Notes: generated by a model from the sequence alone, not told the origin. DNA of 63,857 nucleotides, filler included, from Octopus bimaculoides (GCF_001194135.2; 7 parts of 6 records of this genome joined end to end with filler, not necessarily neighbours in it), one strand, 5' to 3'; counted from the first letter of the whole stretch, positions 1-13,484 are shown. Program-made: numbers and translations.

Positions 1-959
1 ATATATATTGTCATATATGTGCATACACACAAACACATACAGACACACACACACACATACTCACACATACATAAGTACTTATCCGATGATCATGATCTGA
101 ACTCGTTCTTAACATGCTAAACACGTTTTCTTTTCTTCTCTATCTTTCCCTGTAATTTCTTTGTCTTCATTCGTTGATTAATACGATTTCATTATATTTT
201 TTGTCTATTCTTTCCTAGTGTATATGTATGATATTTGTATTTTGACGTGTAGAGAATTCTGTAATCGATTGTAAACGGTCAGAATTGTACTGTTCTGATC
301 AAAGCAGACACATCGCTATTGTAACTAGGTCAATCACAGAATTCATTTGGTTTACGCATCTATTGTTAGCGATATCAATCGATAATGAATGAAACATGTA
401 AATCATGTATATATACACACATATATATTTATATATATGTTTGTATATATACATACGTACACACAGAGACAGACAGACGCACACGTGTGAGTGTGTGTGT
501 ATATACATGTGGTTATATGCGCTTTTGTGCGCCTGTGTGAGCACCTGTTTTCTCTTGCACGTATGTGTATTAGAGCAGAAGAATGTTTTCTTATATTTAC
601 CAAATCTTCTATATCATTTTTACTGTAACCTAACACAATCTTTATCTACCAATGTTAATAAATCTATCACCTGGATGTTGCCTCACAACACTATGAGACT
701 CTAAATGTATGCATATATTACGTTTCTGTCTCTTCTCTTTTTCCCATTTTCCTTTCTTCTTCTTCTTCTTCTTTTGTGCGCGTGTGCGTGTGTGTGTGTG
801 CGCGTGTGCACGTGTGTGTGTCATATATTTATACTTATCTGCAATTATGCAGATAAATTAGATACATTAAATATATTAAATATACTTCTGTGCATTATGA
901 CTTGAAATATACGACCATCTCTGACGACGAAGGCTCGTCTTACTTAATGTTAATTTCAG

Positions 960-1088
960 CCATACGGCCGCATATTGTCCTGAACTAAATCTACCAATAT
1001 TATTATGGATCCCCGAGCTCCCAGCAACAGCCGTTGGAATTATAACACATTGCTTCCACTTTAATTTTCTCTGTCGTTTGTACTGTGG
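960..1088 (+). CDS. Candidate coding exon 1 of a putative multi-pass membrane protein (TLC-domain-like?)
   Basis: ttaatttcAG|C CAT ACG ... TGT GG|GTaact; the only open plus-strand frame reads HTAAYCPELNLPILLWIPELPATAVGIITHCFHFNFLCRLYCG; phase-compatible with 2393-2454. An antisense frame is also open, so this is ambiguous. Confidence 0.25.
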
Positions 1089-1174
1089 GTAACTTGTACC
1101 TATTAATATAAATAACTACGTATTTATTCTAAATGCATTATCTGAAAGTCTCCACCTTTTGCTTTCTCTCATTT

Positions 1175-1216
<42 letters not shown>

Positions 1217-1242
1217 TATTTTTACATAATTTCTATCGCGTA

Positions 1243-1915
1243 ATTTCCTGATGAATGTAGACCATTGCATGGTTACCTCATAGTCACAGCTTCTCTAAGC
1301 TTTTGAGTGTCTCAATGTACCACTCACTGTTTTGGCAGAACTGCGTTCCAGAAAAGCCAGAAGAATGATGTCTTTGTCATTCCCGAACAGTTACTGTGAA
1401 TTTTGTGCTAACCGCTGAACTTCTCGGAAGAGACGTGTGACATTATTCGATGGACATTATTCGTTTACGGATCATAAAGCTACACTTACGTTTCGTCTTC
1501 TGTCACCAAATGTTTCCAGAAGATCAGGGCAGATTCCAATATCGGCTCCTTTAAATCGAGTACCTATGTATGGTCTAAGAACATACTTTCCGATAGCGAA
1601 CTGCTTCTACCATGATTTATAATACATTATAACTACAGTCCGGTTCTTCAGAAAACTCACGGTTGTGATTTGTCTGTCCATGCAAATCCTCCTTCCACTT
1701 GCTAGCAATTCGAATCAGCGGTCTCAGTTGATGTTCACCCACTGCGTGGTTTGTCTTCGATGTTGGCTTTCCCTTCTTTAAAATTATTCACACACCTCTG
1801 CACATTATTCTTAAATATGACGTCACCTATGTAAATAAAACTGTGGCATTATGTGAATGTCTAACAGACTGCACCCATTCTTCGTGAAGAACTCAAATAT
1901 GGTACGTTGTTTTTG
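1243..1915 (-). mobile_element. Degraded mariner transposase relic
   Basis: Minus-strand translation gives QRTIFEFFTKNG, NNFKEGKANIEDKPRSG, LVTEDET*V*LYDP (TGDETW motif), NSEWYIETLKSL and YIHQEITR (LHHDNARPH-like); many stops. Confidence 0.8.
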
Positions 1916-2392
1916 CTTGCAACATATTTGCTTACAATGAAAAACAAGAAGAACAATTTGTATACAGGAAGATTTACTTTAATAACATATGCATTTTAAA
2001 CGACTTATCACTTAATAGAAAAGTTATGCCCACTTTCGCCTTTCCAGACAACTGTCTTAAATATACGTTTGATAGATCATGAAATTTGTAACTAAAGAAT
2101 GAAAGGAATTTCTGCAGAATTTTGCATTTTAGGAATAGCTGGAATTCCGAGGAGGTTTTACGAAATGTAAGGGAAAACTCTTTTGTTATAACATGCCCTC
2201 TGAACATAATAGAAAAAGATTGAGCTGTGTGCCCATTACATATTCAAATGCATCTTTTGGCATGCGTGTATCCATGTGTCCTTAATTTATTCTACTAATA
2301 GTACACTATGTAGTAGGTGTACAGTCTCCAATAATATTAAGTTTTCTGTACTATTGTTTTTCGATTTTGTCATAAATTTGTTTGTCTTACAG

Positions 2393-2454
2393 TTGTAACT
2401 ATTTCCTGCTGGCTAACTATATTCCAATTCGAATTGTTCCTATTTTATTCTTAG
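2393..2454 (+). CDS. Candidate coding exon 2
   Basis: Strong acceptor tttgtttgtcttacAG; reads CNYFLLANYIPIRIVPILFL(G); donor AG|GTGACA, phase 1. An alternative exon end at 2528 (CAG|GTAAAA) closes all frames. Confidence 0.3.
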
Positions 2455-2661
2455 GTGACATTTAGTATTTCACAAGTTACAAAGTTAAGCATTTGGATAA
2501 GATCTTCAAGACATTTTCCTGGTACCAGGTAAAATTTTCTTCATGCTACTGTGGTTGGCATTGTCAACAGTATTCTCAAAATAACACATATATCACAAAT
2601 TTTGTCACCTCTTAAATGTAACAGATTTAAATGGTTATAATTTTTTTCTGTTTTCTTACAG

Positions 2662-2705
2662 GTTGTTACATGTACTTTCGGTACTTGAAGACTAGCTGGC
2701 CATTG
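2662..2705 (+). CDS. Candidate coding exon 3
   Basis: Strong acceptor tttttttctgttttcttacAG; reads (G)CYMYFRYLKTSWPL; donor TTG|GTATGC, or read-through to the stop at 2712-2714. Confidence 0.35.
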
Positions 2706-3524
2706 GTATGCTAAGTTATCCCTTTTTTTCTTCTAGTCCACTCTCTGATACATACATACTTACATACTTACATTCATACACACACAAACACACATACACA
2801 CACACACACACATGTTTATAAAATCAACATTTTGAGTTGACCGCTTAAGTGCATTAGCATACGCAAGTTTACTCTGCAATAACATTTTCAAGCATAACGT
2901 AAGACATACATTTTCAGGAATAAGCCTTCGGAAAATACTGTCAATCATCTACGTCAGATTGACATAGGGTATTGTACCGTTGATTTCCCTTATCTCTTGA
3001 TTCCCATTTCCACACTTCTGGAAAGAAAGATTTTCATCTCAGGGTATTTATCCTTCCACATAAGCCACTTGAACTGTCTTTCCAAATCTTCTTATAGTGT
3101 CTGCCATCATTAGTTTCCACTTTGTCATTAAGGGGAACTGTAATTAAAAGTAAATAAAATCAGGTAGAGGTTAGATTTGGGACACATAGTTATTCAGCTT
3201 TTACAAAATATCTTTACTAGAAGACATAAATTAAAAAGAAAAAAACCTATAAATATCATACACCCTACAAAACTCCCTATTAAACATTTTTCAACTCAAA
3301 TAGTTTTCACATTAAGGATAGGAAAATTCCATGTCAAAATTATTAGGAAAACAAAGTAAGAATGTTCTAAAAAAAAAAACATTCTTTCCGATTCACGTGA
3401 TTTTACATCAACTTCGTACAGAAAACCCAGTAATTTATATATACATTAAGAAACCAAAAGAGAGTAACAAAAAATGTTGAAGTTGGCGAAAAAAAAAAAG
3501 ACTATCAAAAACATATGTTGAAGT

Positions 3525-3694
3525 GCATTTAGTCGAACAAATCGATCCAAGGACTTAGTAGTTAAAGCCTAGTATTATTCTATCGGTGTCTTTTGGCCAA
3601 CCGCTAGGCTACGGGGAAGTAAACTCAGCAGCACCGGTTGTCAATTGGTGGTGGGTAACAAGGTCACACATAAAGACACACATAGATATATACG

Positions 3695-3750
<56 letters not shown>

Positions 3751-3893
3751 AGAATGTATGTATGTATATGTGACGGGATTCTTTCTGTTTCAGTCTACCA
3801 AATCCGAGGTGCCACGCAGTGGGACTGAATCTGGATCTATGTGGTTGGGAAGCAAGCTTCTTACCGTACAACTACACCTGTGCCACATTTTCC
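3525..3893 (-). mobile_element. tRNA-derived SINE with internal microsatellite (octopus-type family)
   Basis: Minus strand: head ggcacaggtgtagttgtacggtaagaagcttgcttcccaaccac..., internal (GATA)n, tail matching the copy at 33644-33845. Confidence 0.75.
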
Positions 3894-4474
3894 ATATCAC
3901 CATACTTTCATAAGGTAATCTAACTTTACCTTCCATAAAAACGTTATTTAGTTTAGGTAAGCTCAAATTAACTAATTATACAATATATTTGGTTACACTT
4001 AAAAATTAAGACATCTATTTATATCACAATACATAGAAACAAAACAAATGAATCTAAATTATAGTTTTTCTGAGACGGTGGCTTGTCTAGAAGACCTTTC
4101 GTTTTGACAAATATGAATATGATTTAGTGTGAAATCTTAAATCTGGTTGAATTTTGCCCATTTTCAATATTAACCGTATATTAAGGTCACTGTGTTTACC
4201 AGACTTCCAGATGCTGTTATATACCGCTTATTGCAATATTTTTCGTCGCATTGCTACAGCTTCTGAATGAGGATGCAAACATACTTTCTGCACGGAACAT
4301 CAGTCCATCGCAGTATTACCCAATTTTGCAGCGGAGTGGACTGAAGTAACATTAAATGAAGTGATTTGCTCGAGAAGACAACTTACCTGTGTAAGAATCG
4401 AAATCACAACCTCGCGATTGTGTGTGCAGCAATCTAATCATCAGACCACACGACTTCATAATCATCGTGTGTAC

Positions 4475-4748
4475 CGGTGGTTCTCTAACAGGTTCCTTAC
4501 AATATCTTGTTGCTAAAATTTATGTGCAATAAACTGATTATTTCTACAATACATAATTAATGTGCCATAAACTGGTTATATTTCTACAATACATAAAATA
4601 TTTAAGTATTTTAATACAACTTCTAATAATATTTAATAATAAAATTATATTAGGAGTTTTTAAACATCAAATGGCTATGAAGTTCTCAGCCCCAGAGTAA
4701 AATAGGAATCAAAGGAGTCCATAGATAGAAATTGTTTGAGAACCACTG
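4475..4748. mobile_element. hAT-type MITE
   Basis: Termini CGGTGGTTCTC / GAGAACCACTG; 8-bp flanks GTGTGTAC / GTTTATAC; internal sequence shared with 56615-56937. Confidence 0.75.
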
Positions 4749-5118
4749 GTTTATACGTTCATGAATAAAACTACCATAATGTCCAATTCAGACATGCCAG
4801 ACAAATAAGTCCATACGTGTTATCCCTTAACCCTTAACCGGTTAAAATTTATGTTCACAATCGAGGTCGACTTCGCCGTTAATATATCCATAGTTAATAT
4901 AATAAACACCAGGTATATATTGGAAAGGTTAATTGATTATACTCTTGTTCACGATATGGAAAATTGTCTGTGTTAGGTTTATAGGTTGTTTTCATGAATG
5001 TTGATGTTGAAGGTACGTGTAGGAGTATATCTGCGCGTATATAGGTATTTTGTAATAATTGTATATTAGTGCATGTGTGAATATATGATGATGTGTTGTT
5101 GAAGTATATCCATGCGTC

Positions 5119-5161
<43 letters not shown>

Positions 5162-5987
5162 TTGCGTATGTATGTATACATATAGATTTCTATTTATTCC
5201 CACGAATGTATACATACATACATGCACGCACACACACGCGCACACACATGTATATACATATATAGATATATTAGATATACAGAATACATGCAAATACACG
5301 TGTTTATATGTGTAAAAGAATCGCAATATACACTTGATGCAAGTAGATATATTAAAATACATACTCACAAGCATGGGAGTAAAAAACCAAATACCTGCAC
5401 TTATTCATACATACACAAAAATAACCCTCGCACATACTGATATGTGTATACGAGTGTTCGTGACTGAGTGTATGGTGTACGAGTGTATATGCTTGGTTTA
5501 GTGTGTGTGATTCTATGTATGTTTCTATCAATATGTGTATCAGGCTGTTGCAAATCCGTTTATGTATTCGTAGGTTTATACATTAACACCTTCCTTTGAT
5601 TACCATTACAAAATGTTTGTTTATATCCCCTAAGTCTATTTACATTTGCTTTCTTTCCAACAGCCATCATATATTATTGATATAACTTTCCTTTCATCGC
5701 ATCAAACGGGAACATCCTTCTCTTTTACTCTCACAGTACTCATTTATCAATAAAAATGGATTCAAACGAATAAAAAATATCAACGAAAAAAAGAAGAAAT
5801 AACAGAAACAAGCTTCAAAATATGCATATTAAATCAAAAATTCCCTATAAATACAAATCATAAACATTTACTTGTGCCTCAATCATGTATGCTTTATCGG
5901 ATCTTTAGAAGATGCTGTCATTGTAGTTGTTGTAATTGTTGTAGTTGTTGTTCTTGCTGCTGTTCTTCTTTATCTTCTTTTTATCCT

Positions 5988-6052
5988 CCTCTATCGCTCC
6001 TTCTACTACGCCTTCCCTATCGCTCCTTCTACTACGCCTTCCCTATCGCTAT
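5988..6052. repeat. Short tandem duplication (~26-bp unit)
   Basis: ctatcgctccttctactacgccttcc repeated twice plus a partial copy. Confidence 0.8.
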
Positions 6053-6979
6053 CTCATTCCCTCTAACACCCCTCCATCACTCCCCCTCTCACTACCACTC
6101 TGTCTCTTTCACACAGACACCCATATACACTATCCCTCTCTCTCTCTTTTACTTTCTACTTGAATATTCTCTTGAATAACGTAGATCAAAAGTATTTATT
6201 TAATATTCTTACGTACTTTAGATAACCGATGGACACTTATATATATTTTGTTTAGATTGAATGCTCTATTTTGTTCTGAACGGGTGAAATCTCAATTTGT
6301 TTTATATATGTATGTAGAGATAGTGGGAGTCGTGGGTTGGGGAGGCGTCTTAAGCCTGTTTTTATATTTACATTTGAACGCTTATGGAATACTGAACTCT
6401 ATGCCTGAATGAGCTTTAGAAAGAAACTTCGGTTGCAGAGATGGGTAGCTGCATTGCAACTACAGTGCTGGATGAAATGTAGTGTAATGTAATGTTTGTT
6501 AGGAAGGAATAGAAAACTACTTTGAATGTGAGGTTAGTAGTGTGCATGACTGTGATGCAAAATATCGGTTACGTATCAATAATTGCTGCAGAATATTCGA
6601 AAATCAGCCAGTCATGCATCATTGCACACATTTGTATAAAAATATCGGAGGTTCTACCTGGCTACATGATCTGCTAGATATAGAACACAATTATTCTTCA
6701 AATTACACCAACGTATTTTCAATAAGGAAGGACAATTTCATCCTTGAAATATGAATAAAAAGAAGGGATCACAGAGTGGAACAACTTTGATGATGTGTCT
6801 TCGCTCAGGACTAAATTGAGGTATACAAATAAGAAAAATGTGAAATACGCACAGAAGAACACTTGCAATGTCTTGCACGTGTAACGGACTAAATAACTCA
6901 CACACACTGTCTTTTTCTCAAAATATTTATAGTTTTAAATGATCGAACTAGAAGTAGATAGATAACCCTATAAACAATA

Positions 6980-7745
6980 TCCTCTAAATCGAGAGCTTCA
7001 GAGCTTCAAACTGGGTAAGGCCCATGGTGTCAAAGCCACAAAGAATGTTTTGGCGTCTTTAGAATACAACGATATAATAGATACGATAAAAACCACAGAG
7101 AAGCCTCGGAAAATTCGAGTTAAGATCAACTAACATCATAAAACAAGGTAAAACATTGCTATAATCATCTTGCTCAATTAGGAATAGTCGAGATGTTGTT
7201 TTACGGACTTCCTGCGATTTAGTCAATAGAGACAGACTATAATTTGCAAGGAGTTTTTTGTACAGTATAAAAATGGCGATGCTTCCTAGTTGTGTAAGCT
7301 CATATACTGGTTCGGAGAGCGATTTTTTTCGATTAAGCTATCTTCATTGACTGAAATATATAAAAGATAAATATATATGTGAGTGTGTGTGTCTGTGGGT
7401 GTGCGTGTACTTCCTGATACATATGCACACAAACACACACACTTATTTAAATGTATCTGTATGAGTACAAAAGAAGAAAGGTATGTGAGTGATGCACCAT
7501 CCTTTTGCGATGGACTTCACTTCGTCCCACCAAATTTGACGACCATCGTCATAAATTGTTTCATTACATCGTCTTCCCTCCGTTCGAATGGAATCAACCT
7601 TATAGTCCGAACACCCTCAGCCCCAATATCTGTTTATTGCCGAAAGCTTATAGACCAAACAACACTGGCTTCCTCATCGTTTCCGCTTGCAAGTTGGCTA
7701 CTTGGCGCTTTTTAAAATATCTTGAGAGGCTTCGTGAAAACTTAG
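6980..7745 (+). mobile_element. Highly degraded mariner relic
   Basis: Fragments FKLGKAHGVKATKNV, YNHLAQLGIVEML...SYTGSES (HL.QLG...VTGDE-like) and FEWNQPYSPNTLSP (HPPYSPDLAP-like). Confidence 0.45.
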
Positions 7746-7746
7746 T

Positions 7747-7749
<3 letters not shown>

Positions 7750-7806
<57 letters not shown>

Positions 7807-8300
7807 CACACGCACACACACACAAACACACACAAACACACACACACACACACGGACACGCACACACACACATTCAGACATGCACACACAAGGACACAGA
7901 GGTACATACACACATGCACACACACACACACACACACATACACATTCAGACATGCACACACAAGGAGACAGAGGTACATACACACATGCACACACACGCA
8001 CACACATACACACACACATACACATTCAGATATGCACACACAAGGAGACAGAGGTACACACACACACCCATGCAGAAACACACACACACACACACACATA
8101 CACACACTCACACACACACATAAAAACACACAAACACATGAATATGCGGAATACACACAGACAAAGGTATATACATACATATATAAACACACACATACAT
8201 ACATGTATACACATTTACATGCATTTTTACATATATACATGCATACATACATGTATATGCGTACACACACTGACCCACACACATGCGCACAAACAGCTTG
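7750..8300. repeat. (CA)n microsatellite and CA-rich minisatellite
   Basis: Three ~60-bp units cacattcagacatgcacacacaaggagacagaggtaca embedded in (CA)n. Confidence 0.85.
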
Positions 8301-8399
8301 AATAACGGACAGAATCAACAACTATTGAAAAGGTTGCAAGACGCAACGAAAATTTTAGTAAAATAAATAAGTACATAGGTGGAAATTTTACCGGTGAGT

Positions 8400-11090
8400 G
8401 TGTTAAATCATAAACCACTAAAAGAGGCTGACTCTCCCCAGACTCAAAATGCCAAATCTCAGCACGATTGAAGATATTTTAGAGGTTGCTACCATCCATT
8501 GAACATTTTGTATATTGTAATTTTTTCAGTTTGTATTTATTGTACAGTTATTTATTTTGCAGATTTCATCAAAAATAGTAGTGAATAATATATAGCAGTC
8601 ATAACAGACTCTGAACGTCTTTCCGTAAACCTTCTCATCCCTTTCATTGCTATAGACACCTTGGCTGAACATTCTACAATCATTTCTTTGCTGTGGCGTC
8701 ACTGTGACGTCACGGAGAGTGTTTGTATAGAATTATAGCTGTTGCTGATTTGCACTCATGGAACGGCATACGCGTCGCAAAACAGTTGTTTAGCTCATAG
8801 GACATCTTATAGAGTCCTTAAAAGGAACCCAGCTTCCATCTAAGAGGGAATCATTAGCATTGTTTATGAACTACAAGAACAACATAAGCAACAGGGGAAA
8901 ACAGCGGCTTTGTCGACTGCGACAGATGTTATGGAGGTGTGGGAAAAGAGACGTATCCCAACAGTGTTGAAATGTCATGTCATGGAGAAAGTAAACAAAC
9001 TTATCAACGAGTGGGAGAAACTAAAGAACAGAAATGATAATAAGAGGCATTCACCTACAATACTTCAACGTGACTGGCAAAGTGACTTGGAAGATCTGTT
9101 TGACATTCTACATGCAAGTGCTCTTGTCATGATAAAGATAGACGAAGATCGTGAGTTTTTGATGCTGCAACGACAATAAGGAAGAAAAGGCAAAATGGCT
9201 GGAGGGGGATAAGGTTTTCCACAAATGGAAGAGATGGTTAGAGAAAAGGAAACATTGCTTGAAAAGGAAAGAAAGAGGGAAACAGCCGTTTTCGAAGCAG
9301 CAGTGTTCTCAAGTTCAAGTCCTTCAAGTTTGAATCAAGATAGTTCAACATTAGAAGAAGAAGAATTTTTTACTGACCCTCACCAGCCATCGACTTCAAG
9401 ACAAAGTAGATCAAATCTAAGTGTGCAAAGCTTGTGGATTCTCCAATGCCTGTATCTCTTGATGCTGCAGAAGTAAATGATAGAGATGCTTCGGCAATCT
9501 TGATACCAACAATCAATGTTCTTGCGCAAGACCCTGACGAATACAGTGTTAGTTATTCATCGATGCGGAGAGCAAGACAAAGGATCGCAAGGCAATGACA
9601 GAAAATTTGAATCAGGATTTTGAAACAAATTGCTCTCTTGAAATACATTGGGACGGCAAACAAATAGAAGATATTACTGGTCATGAAAATATTGAACGAC
9701 TGCCAGTTTTAATTTCCGGCCAAGGAGTTGACCAGTTCCCAAATTTGGCAAAGGAATTGGTCAAAACTTTCCAGATGTTGTCCATCAGTTAGTACTGGAG
9801 TGGAATATATCTGACACCACTGCCTCCAGTATAAGTTCTAAGAGTGGTGCTTGTATGTTACCTGAGCAAAGATTGGATAAAGATATGCTGTGGCTGGCTT
9901 GTCGACATCATATTTGCGAAATAGTGTTAGAAGCTGCAATTTCTGTCTCCTTGCCATCTTCTACTGGCCTTGGCACAAAACTGTTTAAGAGATTCAAACC
10001 AAAGTGGGTGAAAATTGACAAGAAGAGTTGCGAAACAGCAACAGATGACCCTAACATTGCAGAGAAAATCTCAGATGCTGAAGAAATCAGACAGTTTGCT
10101 CAAGTTCAGCTTGGTGAACGGTAGCCTCGTGATGACTACAAGTAATCGATCGAGTTAACGCTAATTTTTTTTCGGTAGTACCTCCCAAGTCAGAAATCAG
10201 CTTTAAAGCACCCGGAGATTATCAGAGAGCAGGATGGAAGGCCAAGATAATTTACTGCATTAAAATTTGGATGTCTAAATCCAAAAGACTAAATCCAGAG
10301 TGCGGAAACAGGACTGAGAGATATTTGCTGCTTTTCAGCTGCGATACACATCAGATCGTGGTACCTGGCATCCATACCCTCATGCGTCCCCCGTTCAGAT
10401 TTGTATTTTGTGCAAGGTCTGCAGGTCTACAAGCAAAGGGATGACAAAATTGCAAGTGCTGCACTCAATAAGTTTTTGAGACATTTGTAGTACCTCTCTA
10501 AGGAGCTTATGGCGCTTGCATTATTTGATTCAGCTGTTTCACATGAGACAAAAACAAAATGAAGCATTCTCTGCAGAAACCAGTTAACTGAAAACCGAGC
10601 AAACGAGCATCAATAAATCCTGAATCAGCTGAAACAACTGCAAGATTTCATTACTACCAACGCAAAAAGATTTTTTTAAAATCCTAGAAGTGCATTGCAC
10701 CTATCTTGAAAAACATGCCGAAGAATGGAATGATGATGGAAGTTACGCGAATGCAAGAAATATCGGATATAGACTCAAAGTGGTAAACGACATTGCGGAA
10801 AGAGGTGTACGACTGATGGAGGAATACAACAAACAGATAACCAATGATGAAGAGCAGAAACAATACCTTCTTCAAATTGTTAAAAGTTTCAAGTTGTTAC
10901 TTTCAAACAACAACAAGATAATACTACTCTTGCTTCCCACCCCCAAAAAAAAACAACACAAAAATAATCTTACATCAGTGGTTATGATATGCCGACTCGG
11001 GAAACTTCAACATAAAAAAAGTTAACGCGCAATACGCTGTACGTCACTACGTACTATAGCCTAGAATATCATCGTTTTTTTTTTCAAACT
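8400..11090 (+). mobile_element. Near-full-length, disrupted hAT-superfamily-like DNA transposon (hATm-like clade, tentative)
   Basis: Transposase pieces from ~8758 to ~10930: TQLPSKRE, VWEKRRIPT, LEDLFDILH...EDREFL, LEIHWDGK, ERLPVLISG, SDTTASS..SGAC, WLACRHHICE, FKAPG...AGWKAKIIY, KVVNDIAERGVRLMEEYN...DEEQKQYLLQIV, i.e. the D/D/CxxH/W/E arrangement. Multiple stops and frameshifts; paired TIRs not found. Confidence 0.75.
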
Positions 11091-11099
11091 AGGTTAACT

Positions 11100-11690
11100 A
11101 TGTACATAACAAACCGGTTCCGGTGAAAATATCCTTATGCAAATATGCTTTGACGCAAAAACAATATACACTGCCATTCGTGAAAAAAGACTCCTGGAAT
11201 AAATATTGGGAATCCTCCTGTTATTGAATGCATACACTAACATCTTCACAAGAAATACTGGAAGAACATACCCATCAAAATATCTATCATGTATAAGCAT
11301 AACAAGCCGGATATCGTTGTTTGGGACAGAAAAAAAAAATATGTACCGTTATAGAGTTCAGGTGTCCTTTGACATGAATGTCTTTTTGAAAATCAAAGAG
11401 AATGAGTATAACCATGGACAATTGCTTCGACATCTCCAGATTGTAGATGCACATTTATACCAATAATAATTCGTCCACTTGCTTTTTTGAGTAAATGCCG
11501 ATCAGGAAAGTCTAAATTTTTCAGAAAAAGAAACCAGCCAGCTAAGTCGTATATTACAAGTACATTCTGTAAGTGGAATATCAAAAATATGTCAGACTTT
11601 TCTCAACTTGAGAATTTAACATTGGTTGTTTTCTATATCCCAACGGCGGAGAATTGTATCTTCCTCGGAAGAAGAATTTAAATAATTAAA
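11100..11690 (+). mobile_element. 3' fragment of an RLE-encoding (R4/Dong/NeSL-type) LINE
   Basis: KEYWKNIPIK..YKHNKPDIVVWDRKKKICTVIEFRCP.DMNV..KIKENEYNHGQLLRHLQ (PD..D/ExK endonuclease region). Confidence 0.75.
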
Positions 11691-11701
11691 AATAGAAGAA
11701 A

Positions 11702-11830
<129 letters not shown>

Positions 11831-13484
11831 TCATTACTACGTATGGATAGTTATATACGAGATTGTAACATCGCATCGCCGACAGGTTTTGCCCGCTGCA
11901 TGTTATAAAACCACATAGCTGTACTAACCTTTACATCAAAGCAACATCTCAATGTTTCACCATCAAAATCTACTTGCCTTAATTTAAGTAGCTACAATGG
12001 CATAGTAGTGGCCTGTCAAAGTGCATCTTATTTCACACAGTATTCAAGGTATAGCATTAAATATATCTAAGAGAGAAGACAGAAACAAGTTGTAATATCA
12101 CTAGTAGTAAGTATGTACATAAGCATATATATGTGTGTATATGTGAGTGCATTAGGCAATACTAAATGAAGGAACATGCTAAAATTTACGATACTTGAAC
12201 AGTATTGTAGTGTTTTTGTTTTGCTTCTGCAAACTGGAAACATTGCTTTGAAATAAAAATATAACAGCAATATCATGAGAATCAGCAGCAACTATAATAC
12301 AGAAACTAGTTTTGTCCTTGTACAAGATTATATCAAGATTATATAAGATTAATCACAAGACAAACATGCATAAGTTAGAGACATGCGCATTTTATTTTCC
12401 AATCTTCTACTTTATCAACGACTCTAGAGAACGAGTGAGCTGATAAGCTTTTCTGCGATTCATTTTACCTTCAAAGATATTTATTTTTATCGTATTTCAA
12501 CAACTTGCTGAAATTTGCTTTTGCGAGCAGATATATTCCCATGATCAAAGGCAACATTTAGAGATAGAATGTTCTGTGAAACAAAATATAGTTTAGATCT
12601 GTATTGAAATATAAAACAAAATACAGAAAAATATAGGTAGTCTTCCCTCTTTTTAATAACTTGCTCGTAAGATTTAGATATAAGAAGGTGATGAACTCGT
12701 AGTAACGTTAACCCGTTGGAAAAAATGCTTAACAGCATCTCTTCCAGTTGTTTAATTTCTGCGCTCAAATCCCATCCAGGCAACCAAGACTTTCATATTT
12801 CTGGGGTCGATAAGATAGAGTAACGGTCGATTACTGGGGTCTACGTAATCACCTTAAACTTTCTCCCAAATTTGAAGCCTATACTAGAAATAATATTTAG
12901 ATGTAGATTTCCGTTAACTCCTACACAATTTTCAATTGCCATGGTAAAAGCACCAACGGGGGTCGCTCGATCTCATGGATGTACTAGCCAGGAGACTCTC
13001 ATCAAATCACATCTGTCGCAAAAAAAGAACATTCCACAATCTAGGTTTAGCTATCTTTTCAAGTTTTTCAAATAAATATGTTTTCGAGCCAAGGCCTAAC
13101 TGGAATTGTTACAATAGAGTGGGCAATATAGTGGTTGTAAACGATTCAGTTAGTATAAGAGATATAGGAAACGTAAAAATTCAACAGGGACAAGAGAAGA
13201 CACATGGAAAAAGAGTCAATGACGAGATCAGAGAATGTGTGACGACAGAACTTTGAAAGACGTATAAACTAAAAATAAAACAAATAAAATATGAATTATA
13301 ATCATATAAACAGTGCGTGTGATTAATTGGCAAAAAATATGGCCATCCACAAATATAATGCTATTTGCTTCAACATACGTTTTCAAAGCAAGTATCTTCC
13401 AAAAGAAATACATAAATGTATGAATATAAATATAAATAACATATAATATATTATATATCCACCACAAATTCCAACTCCTCGTCA

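Noticed and set aside
921-945. CTGACGA hammerhead-like half core
   Set aside because: No GAAA or stem I/III partners nearby.
3030-3137. Minus-strand acceptor with short frames (FPLMTKWKL... or PLNDKVETND...)
   Set aside because: All frames close quickly, with no good donor, partner exon or recognisable protein.
7505-8305. 266-aa ORF
   Set aside because: A short decayed mariner-like segment running into (CA)n, which gives HT repeats.
12470-12575. Minus-strand exon-like segment with good splice sites
   Set aside because: Stops in all three frames; could only be non-coding, and has no support.
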